A stretch of DNA of 63,997 nucleotides, filler included, from Vezdaea acicularis (GCA_026025075.1; 3 parts of 3 records of this genome joined end to end with filler, not necessarily neighbours in it), one strand, 5' to 3'; counted from the first letter of the whole stretch, positions 1 to 14,500 are shown. Translations and numbers: made by a program. The notes: a model not told the origin generated them from the sequence alone.

Positions 1-487
1 ATCTGCCGTTTGGCATCGCCGGAATTGATGCAGAAACCGTTGCGTAACAAACAAAAGGCCCAATGGGATGCAAAAGCTACTCGCCTAGGGTTGGATTTTA
101 GAAAACTAAAACCCTAATCCCTTAGTGTCCATTCCTGATCAGAGTTCGAGCAGCATTGAACAGGCACGTCGGCCACATTTTCTTTGCTTTACTACTTGTT
201 CTGTGTCGTCAGACGCGAGAGACGGGCGCCCGGGCACAGGGATCTGATAGCTTAGCCCGCCCGTCAACGTGGCTTGCCCCTCCATGCACCATCCCGAGAT
301 CGATGATTAGCGCCCATCGGAAAAACCCCACGCTTTTTTTATGCGTAATGGAAACGTCTCTCTTCTCACGTGAAATTCTATACCGGACAAACAATATCAA
401 GTCTAAACTCCGTTCTGATGCATGAAGCCAAAGCGAGACCAGCCCTTTCAGTTATCGAGAAAGCATGGGATGATGACGAGGACCACC

Positions 488-2162
488 CTACTCAGCCACA
501 GTTGCCGTTGGATGAACGCCGCCGTCACCAGCAGGAGGCAACCCCTCTCCCGTTTCGACCCTTTCCCCTTGATCCATACGATCAAAAGCATTCCTGACCA
601 TCAGCTCCCAGTCGCTGAGCGCGACCCAGCCCCACTCGAGTAACCCGACAAGGTATAGGGCGATACATTGCCCAAGCCACAGTCCTGCGAGGCCCCAGCC
701 GTGGAAAGCTAGGTAGATACCCAAGGGCAACGCTCCTCCATAGTAGCTGATGATGTTGACGATGGCTCCGACGTGCTGCCGGCCACTCCCTCTGAGACTC
801 CCGCCGCAGCTGCCGTTGAGCCCATCAGCAATCTGGAAGAGAGCCACGTAGGGCATCACATCTGCAGTGAGCTTGATAACTCTTTGGTCGTCATTGAAGA
901 TTTTAGCGTAGAAGTCTTTGACACCCATTAGGACCGCGAGCACAACAGCACCCGTGACCATACTGAGTACGGCAGCCGTGTTAGCTGAACGTGAGGCCCC
1001 TTTCGCGTTCCGTGCCCCCAATAGGTTGCCGATTCTTGCACTGGTTGCAACCCCTATTCCGAACGGGATGGTGTTGATGATCTGGTCTGAAGTCATGATG
1101 ACACTTTGCGCCGCCAAAGGAATGGTCCCGAGGCGTCCTGCTGCTAAGGCAACAATTTCGAATGCCCACCATTCTGTACCCACATGAACGACGCCGCCGA
1201 GCGCGAGTCTGCAGAATACCCAGGTGTTTCTGGTGATGCACTTGCGGTCCCATCCGCCCCAGCACTCCCATCCGTCGACGAAGCGCGCATAGGCGAGGAG
1301 CATCAAGAATGATAACCAATATGATATACCTGTCGCAATTGGCGCTCCGAAGAGGCCGATCTTGAAGGTGTAAACAAAGAGGTAGTTCAATGCCGCGTTG
1401 ATAGGTGAAGTGATCAATAAGACGTAAGTTCCAGGCCGCATTATCTCTGCTTTTCGTTAGACGATACCTCACCTTTCTCTGGACGTTCTACGTACCTTGC
1501 GCCTGCAGGTACTTTTTCATGGTTTCAAAGTAAATATAACCCAGACCGCCTGGAATGAGCAAAGTCAAGAACTTCGCACTGTCCTTGCAAAGCTCTGGTT
1601 CCTGGCCCAAAGCTTTGAATACCGGTTCAGTGAAGAACCAGAGAATAGCGACTGGTACATAGAAGAGGCCGAGTATGACAAAGGCTCGTTGCAACAAAAT
1701 TCCGAGATCATGCTTATCTTTGCTTCCCGTAAAGCTCGAGGACGCCAGTGTGTCTAATGCAGTCGTTCCTCCTAATGCGATCAGCCATGCAGAGCACATG
1801 GCAAACATGTAGCTAAATGCTGAAGTAGCCAAAGCCTCAGGTGATAGACGGCCAACCACGAGGACTGAAACGGTCTGTAGGGAATTCTGGAGAGTATATG
1901 CGAGAATGACCGGTATGGAGTTCTTGAAGAGTAGCACGAACTCAGTTCGAACAAGCTTCCATCCAGGTTGGTTCTCATCTTCGAGCTCATAAGTTTCGCC
2001 TTCTTCTTGATCCGTCACAGTCGTATTGCCATTGCTTGTCCATTTTGCTAGGAGGCCTGTCCGCTCATTTGGAGGACTCCCTCCGGGAGTGGTTTCCTGC
2101 GAGGAGCTCCCTCGCATAAAACTTGGTAGCCATGACTTGTCTTTTGAGTCTTCGTCTGCCAT
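488..2162 (-). CDS. MATE family multidrug/toxin efflux transporter (ERC1-like); 2 exons, intron 1447-1495
   Basis: MatE motifs ALDTLASSSF, EWWAFEIVALAAG, STRIGNLLG-like SARIGNLLG and FQIADG; many TM helices. Intron has GTACGT donor, CTAAC branch site and CAG acceptor, joining ...QAQ-E-IMRPG. Confidence 0.93.
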
Positions 2163-3857
2163 CTTTGAGGACGTTGATCGAGCCACCAAAGTCTGGTGCT
2201 CGAGCTTGTTTAGAAACTAGCGACAATACCCTACTTTCAAGAAAAGCAGGTCGACATCGCGACAAGGGCAAGACCCCAAAGGTCTAGCCATCCTCGAGGT
2301 CGATCTCTGACGGCAGACTGAGCGATGTGTCAAAAACACGTTAAACATGGTCGCAGGATAGATAAGGGACAGTGGCAAAGGGCCAATGCGATAGCAGAAC
2401 AAGTGTCCGCATTTAGGCTGGGTGGCTCCATGCACGACTGGTCGGCCGAGGTGCAGCCCCAAAAGATGTGTAGTTCGGCCAAAGCAACACTAATTGCCTT
2501 GACAATGTGCAGCAACTGACCAGGAGGAGGGAAAGACATGTGCAATTAAGAGCGCGAGGATCTTAATCATAGATGGCATCGCGGTCTGCAGGCCCAAATC
2601 TGTGTCAACGCAAAGCATCAACTCACCTTGTACGAAGGCTGATCCGGCCTAATGTTGGTCTTTCCGGACAGAAAGGCCCGAAGACGGGGCATGACTCTGC
2701 ACTCGCTGCAGTGAGAGAAGAAAAGTATTTAATACTCAACAAATTTTTCAATGATGTGCTTTCGGCGCCTGATCTTCTTCTTCGCAGACTTGAGGTCCTG
2801 TTTTCTTTCTGGGTTGTCAAGCCCATTCGTACCACTTGGGCAAAGCACGTGCAGAATCCCTTGCCTTGCGCTCATTGCACATAAATTGCTGTTCTAAAAC
2901 ATAAATAACATTATATCAATTCACTTCTCAACTACCACCACTATTTTTGCAGAGCATTTCTTGGAGCCTCACAAGAGTGATGTCTAGCAGCAGGACGCGG
3001 ATGCATCAAAGCGGCGAGTGCAGATGCGACAAAGCGGCGAGGTCGGGACCAACCCGTCTCAAAGAGAACTTGGGCCAATGCTTTGAATTCTGCACAAAAG
3101 TATCATCTCACATGAGCGTAACAATGTTGGATCATCGTATTTCTGTAGCATCCCCATATCTCCGCCACTCAGGGGTCCCGGCGGCGCATTCATCTGGAGA
3201 GCTATCGCACAGGCGAACCGAGATCTACCGATGACAGCTTCCATTGGGCCTCTGCAGCCATTACGGCCGGTAGGCAATCATGGCCAAGCTGCCGACTCTC
3301 TAGCCAAAGGTCTCCCCCAGATAACGGGATTAACCCATGTCGTCCTGCGTTTTACACATCGCAATTCGTGCCGTCCCACTGGAGACGGCCTTGGTCGTGG
3401 GGGTGACCAGATCTCTAAACGCTATGGATCCTTGATCGATCGCATCCGTTGCGGGCGCGTTGATAACAATGGCTACACGTCTTTTTTGAGCTTCTATTTT
3501 CGATTGAAGGCGGGAAGACCTCCATACAATCACCCGCATTTCTTCCTGGATGCTTAGAGTTTCGTTCCTTTGGAATTCAGACATACCTGCACGCAAAACT
3601 GTGGATTTCCAAACGTAAGCTTCCTTATCCTCCTGCAACGAGCAGGCCGCGTGCGCAGAATTTCTAACTGACAGCTCTCCTAGGAGGCTTCAAGTGGTCG
3701 CCAACCAGCTATAAGTGCAAGGGACCGACTTGCCCCTTTTCGCTCCGTCTTTCCCTTTTTCAATGCGCACGTGAGGGCATTGTAAGGCGCGATATAATAC
3801 AACTAGACTTGAGCTGGTCGCACGAACGGCTACACACCATAGACATAGATATACAGG

Positions 3858-5852
3858 ATGACCGAAGAAATGAATGAGAAGGTGCCGGTAGAGGAGCCGG
3901 CGACTGCGACGGCACCTGCAACTACAAAGGCCGCAGAAGCTGGTTTTACGGAAGGGAGTGAGGGTGAGCCAGAAGGCGGCTTCATCAAAGATGGAATTCG
4001 TGTACATCCGCAGCCTACCAGCGATCCCCTGGACCCATTGAACTGGAGCCCGTGGAGGAAGCATTCTATATTGGCAATTGTCATGTTCAAGTAAGGTCTT
4101 CCTTTGCATCTATTCGGTCTCTTGCTGTGCCACACATTTCGTGATCTTTTGAAGTTATGTCGGAAGGTCTGAAGTCTTCTTCTGGTGAATGACTCCTTAG
4201 GCTTGTCAATGTATCCCCGGCACCAAGAATGGTTATTGAGCAGCAGTAGCGGCGGCGGCAGTAGCAAAAGTCCTTACTAACCACCCTCACAGTTACTTCA
4301 TGTTTACATACATTACAACTACAACAGTGCCTAGCTTTCCCCAGATCCAGACAACGCTTAATATCAGTGTGGGCCAAGTCAACTGGACAGTCGCTATTCC
4401 AGCGCTAGGTCTTGCTCTAGGTCCGCTTGTCTGGTCCTCGCTGGCTGATATCTATGGTCGCCGTATCATCTTCATCATTGGGACAATCATTTCCTTAGCA
4501 GCGTCTCTCGGGGCTGCTGGCGCGAAAAATTATGGCGGATACATGGCCGCTCGGTTCTTTCAGGGATTCGGCGTTTCTCCAGCTGCGACAGTAGGTTTGG
4601 CTGCAATCAATGAGTCAGTGTTACCCTCAGTATGATATGAGAATCTTAATGCTAATCTAATGTGCAGCCTGTATTTTGATTATGAACGAGGCTGGGCTAT
4701 TGGTCTCTGGGTCCTCGCGATCGACAGCGGCCTTCTCGTGGGGCCACTGAGTAAGTGAAGCCCTTCCTGAACCTCCCACTCAGCCTTTCAAGCTAACACT
4801 ATATAGTTGGTGGTTTCGTCGACCTCGTCAGTGAAGCGTTCATCGACTGGTTCACAGCCATACTTTTCGGCGTTCTTTTGGCCGCTGAAATTGCTTTCAT
4901 GCCAGAGACTCTCTATCCACGCAATCGCATGCTACAGCGCCTGCCAATGCTCAGCGGAGCCGTAGGAGAGGGCGACGCGGAGAAGAGCGGACGACGCCTT
5001 AGCGCTATTCCTGCAGACGAAGTCAAGCGCACCAAGGAGCTCCCTTTCATTAACTTTAAACCGGTACCAGGAATGCACCACCCCAAGCCTTGGGACTCCG
5101 TCGTACGGTTTCTGCTATCCTTCAAATATCTTGCCGTGACTATTGCTGTTCTCACTTACTGCTTTGCGTGGTACTGGTGGGTGCTGTCCATTATCACTTT
5201 GATCCCCGTCGCCTACATCCAGTATTCTCCTCAGATCCAAGGTCTCCTATTCATTGGACTCCTGCTCGGAACCTGGTTCTCTGAGGCGTTCTGCTCAGGA
5301 CACCTCAGCGACCGTATCAACGTCACGCTGGCGAAAAGGAACAATAATATTGTACTCCCGGAAATGAGACTATGGCTTGTATATCCAGCCGCAACATTGA
5401 GCGCTATCGGCCTCATCATTTGGGGCATCAGCGTCGACAAAGGCTACCACTGGATTGTTGGCCAGATTGCCTTCTTTCTCTGTATGCCAAATTCTCCCCC
5501 TTTTCCCCAAGAGACCCCAAAAGCTAATATGCTCCCCCTTTTAGTCGCGGCAGGCATACAGATGGGCAACACGGCCATCTGCTCCTACATCGTGGACTGC
5601 TATCCACTCCAATCCATGTCCGTGATCACATTCTACAGCGTATTCCTCAATCTCAGCGCCTTCATCAACCCGTTCTTCATCAGCCCCTGGGAAACGAAGG
5701 TCGGCTTCACCTGGACCTTCGCCACGCAAGGCATTCTCACCTTCTTTATCAGCGTGCCCGTTATTGCTGCGCTGCACAAGTTCGGAGGAAGGATCAGGCA
5801 AAAGAACGGCCACCCGAGCTGGGTCAACCCTGAGTTCGACTCTCACATCTGA
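3858..5852 (+). CDS. MFS transporter (DHA1-like drug:H+ antiporter family); 5 exons
   Basis: PQPTSDPLDPLNW N-terminal motif, MFS motif A (SLADIYGRR), ARFFQG, FMPET and PEMRL. Introns at approximately 4092-4292, 4614-4667, 4751-4806 and 5482-5544. Confidence 0.9.
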
Positions 5853-6925
5853 GCATTTTGGTCATGTGTGCGCGGGTTTGGTTTGGGTTAGGGTCTTCGT
5901 ACTGCTTGATACCGGTAGATGCGAATGCGTTTGGTTTTAGGTCGACGAGAATGAAGACATTAGCTTTTCGTTTATTGATCGTCATGCCATGATAGCAACT
6001 ATTGCGTTATCCTTCACGTGATGTCGTAAGCTTGACTTTTGCTTCATATACTACAAAGTTATTCACGTTGTCGTGATTATTGATCTATGCTAAACTATGA
6101 TGCCCACTACCATATGGATCACGAAGGAGATGCAACGAACAGAAGAGCAGAAGTAATCAGAGGGTTCTCTGGGGCGCTGGTGAGGAGTGGTTGGCTATGC
6201 CATCATCAAGCATGTTCGAGCAAGGATATTTGAGGGTGGGGTAGGATTATCATCATCGTCGTGGAACCCACCGACCGACGTTTGAAATCCGAGGGCGGCC
6301 CCGGCCACTGAAGTTTCATCATGTCGGGCTTCTCTCCGTGTTACTAGATGGACGTCGTGATGATGTTTGAGATCCAAACATATATGGCGCATCCATCGAA
6401 AGCGTCGCACAAACCCACCAGGCGATGCGCCCAAACTGTTTTTGACTGCGGACTCGTGCCCGAGAGACAGCCGCGGGCTGCACGATCTATATATGAATCA
6501 TGATGTTGATTTGCTCGTTTCCAACCCGATGCTGCAGTGGCAAGGACCGTGCGAATCACCGTGCCATGCGCCGTTGCGCTACTGTAAGCATCGCGGGGGG
6601 GCGACCCCAATGTTTTCGATGGCTTAGCGTGGCCTTATCGTCGTAAACCCTTTTTCCCTTTTTCCCTTACTCCCAACATCAACCCGCTACCGCTCCGCAC
6701 CTTTTCCTCTTCTCTCAACCTCCCCGCTTTCTTCGTAATTCTTTTGGGCATCGTCCCAGTCGCTCGTTTGATAAAGCTTTCGTGTTTGGGATCTTGTCGT
6801 TGGGGTGGTTGTTCGTCGTTGTCGCTTTGACTTCTTACCGTACGCGGACGGCTGCAGACGGTACTTGAGCTTTCGGATAGCACCATCACCAGCAAGAAGC
6901 TCCCACTTGGGCTGGATGAATGCAA

Positions 6926-9222
6926 ATGGGGAAACGTACGTCAATCTTTCTCAGAGTGGTCACTTGATGATGCAGGCAACTAATCAACGGCCTATTAGAT
7001 CGATGGGGCATCGTTATTGACGCGGGTTCGTCAGGCTCTCGAGTATACGTCTACAGATGGCTCGACAGCGCGAAGGCTCGAAAGACTGCCTCTGCAAAGC
7101 AATTGGGGAGTCTACCAGAGCCGGTTACAAAGAAGAAGTGGACACACAAGATACATACTGGTACGTTGACGTGCTGCAGCGCTCTCCTCGCCCTGCCTTG
7201 GAGATAAATCCCGCGCGGCTACTGAGACTTCACTATTTAGGCATATCAACTTTTGGTGATAAGCCCGACCTTGTTGGCCCGGATCACCTCAAAGAGCTCT
7301 TCGACCACGCTTTAGGAATAGTACCAGAAGATGCAGTGTCCGACACGCCGATCTTCCTGCTTGCTACAGCTGGGATGCGGCTATTGAAGGAGCAGGCTCG
7401 CAAAGAACTACTCCGCCAGATCTGCACCTACGCTCGCCAGAATACTAAGTTCTCTCTCCCAGACTGTAATCTTCATATCCAGGTCATACCTGGTGAGACC
7501 GAGGGCCTCTATGGATGGATTGCTGCGAACTATCTACTCGGGGGATTCGATAACCCCGAAGACCATTCACATGGCAAAGGCCATCACACGTACGGATTTC
7601 TTGACATGGGCGGCGCTTCTGCACAGATAGCATTTGCGCCAAATGCGACAGAAGCCGAAAAGCATGCGGAGGACCTGCAGCTCTTGAGGATGCGGACGAT
7701 TGATGGAGCTGCCTCAGAATATAAGGTCTTCGTCACAACGTGGCTAAAGTTTGGTATGAATGAGGCGAGAAGACGATACGTCGAGGCATTGCTAGAAGCT
7801 AGTCATGCAGCAGACGCCGGCGAACTGCCAGATCCATGTATGCCCTCGGGATTGAGCAGAAAGCCAGACGGAACAGTTATCCCGACAGACTCGAAGGACC
7901 TCGATGATGTGCCCTTTCTAATAGGGACAGGCCGATTTAAGGAGTGTCTGCGGCAAACATATCCGCTTTTGGGAAAAGACGCGCCATGTGAAGATACTCC
8001 TTGCTTGTTAAACGGCGTTCATGTCCCGGCAATCGACTTTGACGTGAACCACTTCGTTGGCGTTTCGGAATATTGGCATACCACTCATGAAATATTCGAG
8101 ATGGCGCACAAGGATAAAGCATACGACTTCAATACCTATCAACAGCGTGTGATGGAGTTTTGTAGCCAAGACTGGGAAACGATAGCCGCTGGCGTAAAGG
8201 AGCACAAATGGGGCAAGAAAGTCGACGAGCAATCGGCAGCAGACATGTGCTTCAAAGCCTCATGGCTGATTAACATGCTCCACGAGGGCATCGGCATACC
8301 TCGAGTAGGTCTCGAGGACACCAAACTCGGCGATCACAACGGCACTAAAGCTGTCCTCGACCACGCTAAAGACAAAGGTTTCCTCGACCCCTTCCAAGCC
8401 GTTGACAAGATTAAAGATACAGAGGTAAGCTGGACCCTTGGCAAGATCGTCCTGTATGCCGCCTCGCAGGTTCCTCCAGGCAACGATTCCGTCCTCCCCG
8501 TCGGTTTCGGCAGCAATGTTCCTGGCATCCCTCCAGACTTCCAATACGCCGGCTCCAAACACGCCCCAGTCCCTACCGACCCCTTCGACGACACCACTGA
8601 AGACGTCTCCGACCACGTCATCGACGAAATCGATGAGATTCAGAAATCCCTATTCCCGACCACCTCCCGGCGCACCCCAGGCTTCCTACTCTTCCTCCTC
8701 ATCCTCTTCATCGCCATCTACCTCCTGCTCGGGCGCGAGCGGCGCTCTCGGTTGTGGCGGCGCTTCACCCGCGGCGGTGGTGGCAAGCGACGACGCTTCT
8801 TCGGCGGCAAGCTGTTCGGACACGCGGCTGGACCGAGCTACGAGCGCGTGCTTGAGAGCGGGGAGGCGGCCAACGCTTTCGAACTTGCGGATGCTGATAG
8901 CGACGAGAATGAGCACTCGGATTCAAGTGATGGAACGCGCGTGGGCAGGAGCTCGGGTTGGGCCACTCCCAGGATCTCGAAGCCTGGCTTTGAGAATGCC
9001 ACCGGCTATTTTGATAATGTCGTTAGTCAGGGCCAGGGTCTCGGGTTAAGTCCACCCCCATTAGGGGTACTGAGTGGGAATGCTATGGATAGGAGTGGCT
9101 TGGTGGTGAGGACGGATAGCAGAGAGCGCTTGGCGCCGGGCCCAGGGGCCAGTGGCAAGAGAAGTAGAACAGGGAGTCCGAGGAGAATGGGACTGAGTCC
9201 ATTAGTGACGGATATTGATTGA
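6926..9222 (+). CDS. YND1: Golgi apyrase / nucleoside diphosphatase (GDA1/CD39 family)
   Basis: Spliced N-terminus gives ACR1 (IVIDAGSSGSRVYVY); also LLATAGMR, GETEGLYGW, LDMGGAS and SWTLG. Single C-terminal TM helix with a long cytosolic tail, as in Ynd1. Introns approximately 6936-6998 and 7161-7240. Confidence 0.9.
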
Positions 9223-9632
9223 GGAGGTGTTTGCATAGCGGGAAGTTGTAAATCTAGGGTGGATATTGTTCCTTGCGTGGGGCTGTATATATGGGCTCGC
9301 CTGCTTTGCTTGAGCAAAGGTATCTTGCCTAGCTTGGCTTGATTGTCTTTCTGTCGGACGGCGTGCTGGTAGCACACGGTCTCTTTGGCTCGGTTTACTC
9401 GCTGGTGCTGCGGGACTTTGCTCAAAACGGACGGAGTAAGAATGGGTTAGGGGTATATTTCTAGCATCGCACTAATCGCCTTCTTCTCTATCGCAGCTCA
9501 TGCCAAATGTACTACTATTACTACAAATATTGCCCTGGCTCGTTTCCGAAGGCCCTCATTTTCGTGACTCTGAGCATTGTCTCTAGAACCCATGACTCTT
9601 TCGTTACCTCATCATTACTTATCATAATGGCC

Positions 9633-10691
9633 TTATCCCATATTCATGGTATTCCCGGCCCCCCTCGGATTCGCCTCGGTGAACTCATCCCACTGCCTCG
9701 CCTTCATCGTGGCCTCGTCCGCCTTCGCCACATCGTCCTCGTCCACCTCCTCGCGCACTCCGCTAGCTTCGCCCCCGCCGTCGATAATGCCTCCGCGCCG
9801 CCGCTCCTCTTCGAGATACTCGTCGATTGTCATGGTCGGCAGGTTGTGCCCAGGCCGGAATACGCCCTGTTGCAGGCGCGTGCGGCTGTCGAGAAGTGTG
9901 AAGGGCTGGAGGGGTTTGCCGCTTTTGTCGAGGAGTGGGCCACCATTGAGGAGGGAGGAGAGGGGTGGGTCGAGGCGTTCGGAGTATGCGCCTTCTCTGT
10001 TGCGGTCGCGGTCGTCTGAGGTGGAGGTTTGGGCAGGTGGGAGCGGGGCGTCGGCGGGGGGAGCCAGAGAGAGGATTTGGAGCTCCTGCGCGATGCTCTC
10101 GAGGGCTTGGAAGGACTGATGTGTGGCGAGGCGTAGGCTGTGCAGGTGTAGTTCGCGGAGGGCTTCGTCGTCGGTGTCGAGCGCGGCGGGGTTACTGGAT
10201 AGGTGGGCGAGTTTGGCTTTTAGGTCTTTTTCTTCGCGGAAACGGTTTATTTTTGCGGCGCGCCGGAGGGCGGGGTCAGAGGGGGCGGTGGAGAAGGTGA
10301 GGGGAGAGGTGAGGTAGGTGGTGTAGAGGTGGGCGGAAGGGGGGGAAAGGAGCTCGTAGGTGGAGAGGGTGGAGAGGAAGGTTGAGTAGAGGTTTTGGGA
10401 TGTTAGGAGGGTGGCGCGGCGGGAAGGGGAGAGGCGTTGCAGGTGCAGATTGGCAAGGTGATGATCGATGAGGAGGTATTGTAGGTCGGAAGAGGAGATG
10501 TCATCGGCGGTCTCGTTGGGGCTGAAGAGGGCGAGGTTTGCAACGAGCTCGCTGCATGCTTCGTAGTTTGATATCGCCGAGGCGAGGGTACTTTGGTAGC
10601 TGGAGCTGTTGGTGTCCCACGAATTTTCAACTTCTTTGCGGAGCGTCTCAGCGGTCCGGTAAACGGACTTGAGCGTGCGTGGTTCTGACAT
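9633..10691 (-). CDS. TAP42: Tap42/alpha4 PP2A-associated TOR-signalling protein
   Basis: LFSPNE, RAAKINRF, GVFRPGHNLPTMTIDEYL and KARQWDEF-NPRGAGNTMNMG motifs. Single exon starting at MSEPRTL. Confidence 0.93.
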   Translation of the reverse strand: MSEPRTLKSVYRTAETLRKEVENSWDTNSSSYQSTLASAISNYEACSELVANLALFSPNETADDISSSDLQYLLIDHHLANLHLQRLSPSRRATLLTSQNLYSTFLSTLSTYELLSPPSAHLYTTYLTSPLTFSTAPSDPALRRAAKINRFREEKDLKAKLAHLSSNPAALDTDDEALRELHLHSLRLATHQSFQALESIAQELQILSLAPPADAPLPPAQTSTSDDRDRNREGAYSERLDPPLSSLLNGGPLLDKSGKPLQPFTLLDSRTRLQQGVFRPGHNLPTMTIDEYLEEERRRGGIIDGGGEASGVREEVDEDDVAKADEATMKARQWDEFTEANPRGAGNTMNMG

Positions 10692-11586
10692 ATTGGTGGG
10701 ATAGAGTGGTAGTGTAAAAGTGGGCAGAGGAGAGGGGAGAATGATATACCGGAAAAACCTTTTCGCCGAAGTGGGATAGTCTCGGTTCTGCTTCGCCCTG
10801 CTATCTCTGCCATCGCTCAGTAACCACCTCAAAGATTGGGTGGAACCAGCATCTATCAAATGAGGTGTTTGAGTACCTGTTCCACTTCTGTTATGTTCTC
10901 CTGAGCCTCACCTTGTTCACAGAGTGTGAACTAGCCAAGGGCAAGCGTCGAACCCTTACCAGGAGAACATGGCACAAGCTTAAGATTGAAACTCCGTACC
11001 TTTGTACTTTACTGACCTGTGTCTTTAATTGGATAGAACGATATGTTTCAGTTGTGTTTACGGTACGCAAGTATGATGATCATCCCGTGACACTGTGTCC
11101 AAGGGCAAAACGTCATTGTGTCTGCTTCTTGAGTTTATCTATTGGTTTCTTTAGCCTTCGTTCAAAAAACTTCTTGCTGCGTAACAACACGTTCAATTTC
11201 TCAGTCCACTTACCTTGAATTCTTTACAATCTTGCGCAAGATTGTCTCCTTTCTCTAGCTAGTGAGCTCGTCTCAAGAATACTTACTTCCGTTGTTCCTC
11301 ATTTGCCAAATCCACACTGGACATAAGTTCACCACATGAACGGAACACCATAATACTCTCAGACAACAGTATAGGAGTACTGCAACAAGTATAAACATTG
11401 GAGCTCCTCTTCAAGTCAATCACTGCTGTGCCGTTAAAAGAGAGCACTCTCTCTTGAACAGAGCACTAGATCTGTCAAAGGTCAGAAAAGATCCGTCAAG
11501 CAAGCAGCTGTCGACTTCACCTGGCTGTTCTGTCACTTCAATTGCATTTGTTTGAAAAGTGCTAGGACCTTAGATTTGAGCCGCCA

Positions 11587-14500
11587 ATGTCGGGTGACAA
11601 TAACAATATGTCGATGAACGTGTTGCAATTGAACAAAATATCCCCGGTTCAACCAATAGATCCAAAAGAACCAGATGTCTCGGCAAAGGCCATGGAGGTC
11701 AAAGGCATAGGCGCTCAACCGCCCGTCCAAGCTGCTGCGGCTGAGCGACTGAAGTGTAGATTGGATCGTTTTCGGACGCTAACACTCGCTCGTGGGGGAC
11801 AGCTGGAGCCACAGCTTAGGGCCATAGAGGAATTGAATGTAGCAAAAACGGAGAATTTTGTTTTTTCCGGCCATCTCGATAATGGCAAGAATGAAGAAAC
11901 AAGAAAGTGCGCCGAGAAGCAGACTCAAGATCTGGCTAAGCAAGGGCAGAGTGAATCGGACCAGTTCGGGGCAACGAAAGTTACTTGTCGGGGAGCCCCT
12001 GAGGTGTGCTCGGAAGATAAAGCGAACTTACCTGCAGTGAAAGCAAAAGAGCCCGCAACTTTTGGCCTCCTGGAGAGCCACAATAGCCAACAACCGGAAA
12101 CAGGAGTCACACCTCTGGCTGTGCCCACAAGTAGCACACCAGACCAGTTGCAAACTCTAGCAAACGCCTCGGGCAACATTCTTGAGGCGCATGTTGGAGC
12201 TAAAATAGGGCTAGCCGTACAGAACACAGGGAAGCTCACAGAAACAAATTCTCCCAACAGTCATACCAATCACCTTACGGAGTATCCCCCAACAATTCCT
12301 AACCAGAAGCTGAGCAAGAAACGCAAGAGAAAGAAAATGTCAGGAAGAAATGCAGGCGACGCCGAAGATTGGCAGTCTTCTGATGAGGAGAGCGAATATG
12401 ATTCGAGTGATGAGCCCGAACCTACAGCCAAGCCATTATCAGGCCTCACGCAAGAGTCGCTGGTGAAAGAAAAATTTGTGTCATGGTAAGCGTGTCTCTT
12501 TCATCCCCAAGCGCTTTAGATTTAACAGGCTCTCAGGGTGGAATCGAACGAAATGAAGCAGCTCTCCGAGGAAGACCGTCTCCAGGAACTATTGGAGCGA
12601 CCTGTCGAGGATGAGCGGGCAACCACAAGCTATCTTATGGCGCAACAGGAGTCAGAGCTGCTCATTAACAAGCCTCGAGAATATCAACTTGAGCTTTTTG
12701 AAAGAGCCAAGTTTGAAAACACTATTGCAGTCCTAGATACTGGATCAGGAAAGACCCTTATAGCTGTAATGCTCCTAAAGCACACCATCGATAAAGAACT
12801 CGAACGCAGATCATCAGGAGAACTCCCTCGAATTTCCTTCTTTCTCGTCGATTGTGTTACCTTAGCCTTCCAGCAATTTGCCGTGATTGAGCGAAACATC
12901 GATCAGAAAGCAGATCGTTTTTGTGGTAGTTCGGGGGTCGATTTGTGGTCGAAGGAAACGTGGGACACGCACTTCTCGCAGAACATGGTCATCGTCTGCA
13001 CCGCGGAGGTGTTGTATCACTGTCTCATGCATTCATTCATCTCGATTGAGCAGATAAACCTTTTGATATTTGATGAGGCACACCATGCTAAGAAAAATCA
13101 TCCCTATGCTAGGTAAGCCGTTCACATACTACAATTGTGATTCGTCATTTACTAACTACTATATAATAACACTAGAATCATTAGAGAATTCTATCTTGAG
13201 GCCAAGGATAGTCGTAAACGCCCTCGGATCTTCGGAATGACAGCGTCTCCTGTGGATGCCAGAGTCAACGTCTTGGAGGCTGCCCAGTAAGTTCCACCAG
13301 ATAGTTCCGACCCCCGCGCTGACCATTTCAGGGAGCTGGAAACACTTCTCCATGCCCGGATTGCGACGACAACTGATCTTGGTCTCCTTCAAAGATCAGT
13401 GCATAAGCCCGAGGAGCTCAACGAATACTATGATCCCCTTCCTTATCCCTTCGAGACGGCGCTGTGGTGGGAGTTAAGAAAAAGTTTTGGCCACCTCAAA
13501 TATCTGACTAAGACTTTCCAATTTGCTAAGCATGCAAGCTCTGAGCTCGGCTCTTGGTGTAGTGATCAAGTTTGGTCTTATGCCCTTGACGAGGAAGAGG
13601 CAATGAAATTAGAGCGCACGCTTGAAAGGAAGTTTATGGAGCGTGGCGATGGGGATCCGGAGCTGTTGAACACCGATCTGAGGCAGCTCGGACAGATAAG
13701 AGATATAGTCATGGCACACCCGTTCAGAGAACCCAAAGTCGACCTAAACGACCTCAGCTCAAAAGTATTGAAGCTCCACGAGTGTCTTCAAGATCGCTTT
13801 GAGGCACCAACTGAGCAGAAGTGCATTGTATTCGTGCAGCAAAGATATACGGCTAAGCTACTGGCTGACCTCTTTTCGAGGATTGGGGCGAGCAAACTCA
13901 AGACAGGGACGTTAGTAGGAGCGGGCAATGGAGATCTAGGTGATCTTAACCTTTCATTCCGAAAGCAGGTGTTGACCTTGACGAGGTTTCGGAAGGGAGA
14001 GCTGAACTGCTTATTCGCGACTTCTATCGCTGAAGAAGGTCTTGATGTGCCTGACTGCAACCTAGTCGTAAGGTTTGATCCATATCGCACTACAATTCAA
14101 TACATGCAATCTAGAGGTCGTGCACGCCAGGCAGGCTCGAAGTACATCCATTTAATAGAGAATGGTAACCTGGCCCATCTCAGGACTATCCAGGATTGTC
14201 GGTTTGGTGAGGTCGCTGTCAAGAATCTCTGCAATTCTCTCCCGGAAGATCGATTACTTAGAGGCAATGATTATGGTCTCGAAGAAGCAGGGTTCTGGGA
14301 TAAGGGCAACCAATCCTATCTCATACCTTCTACTGGCGCCCGATTGACTTACGGTTCTTGCTTGGCTGTTCTATCACATTTTGTAGGATCACTTGTGAGT
14401 TATACTTCTATACACTCAAAGCTCGACTGAATTAAATTGTTATTCTAGGGGCATAAGTCTGAAGGAAACCTATCCATCGACTATGTCGTAAGAAGGAACG

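Noticed and set aside
86..125. Imperfect hairpin with telomere-like TAGGGTT / AAAACCCTAA
   Set aside because: Short, interrupted, single copy; no tandem telomeric array or transposon context.
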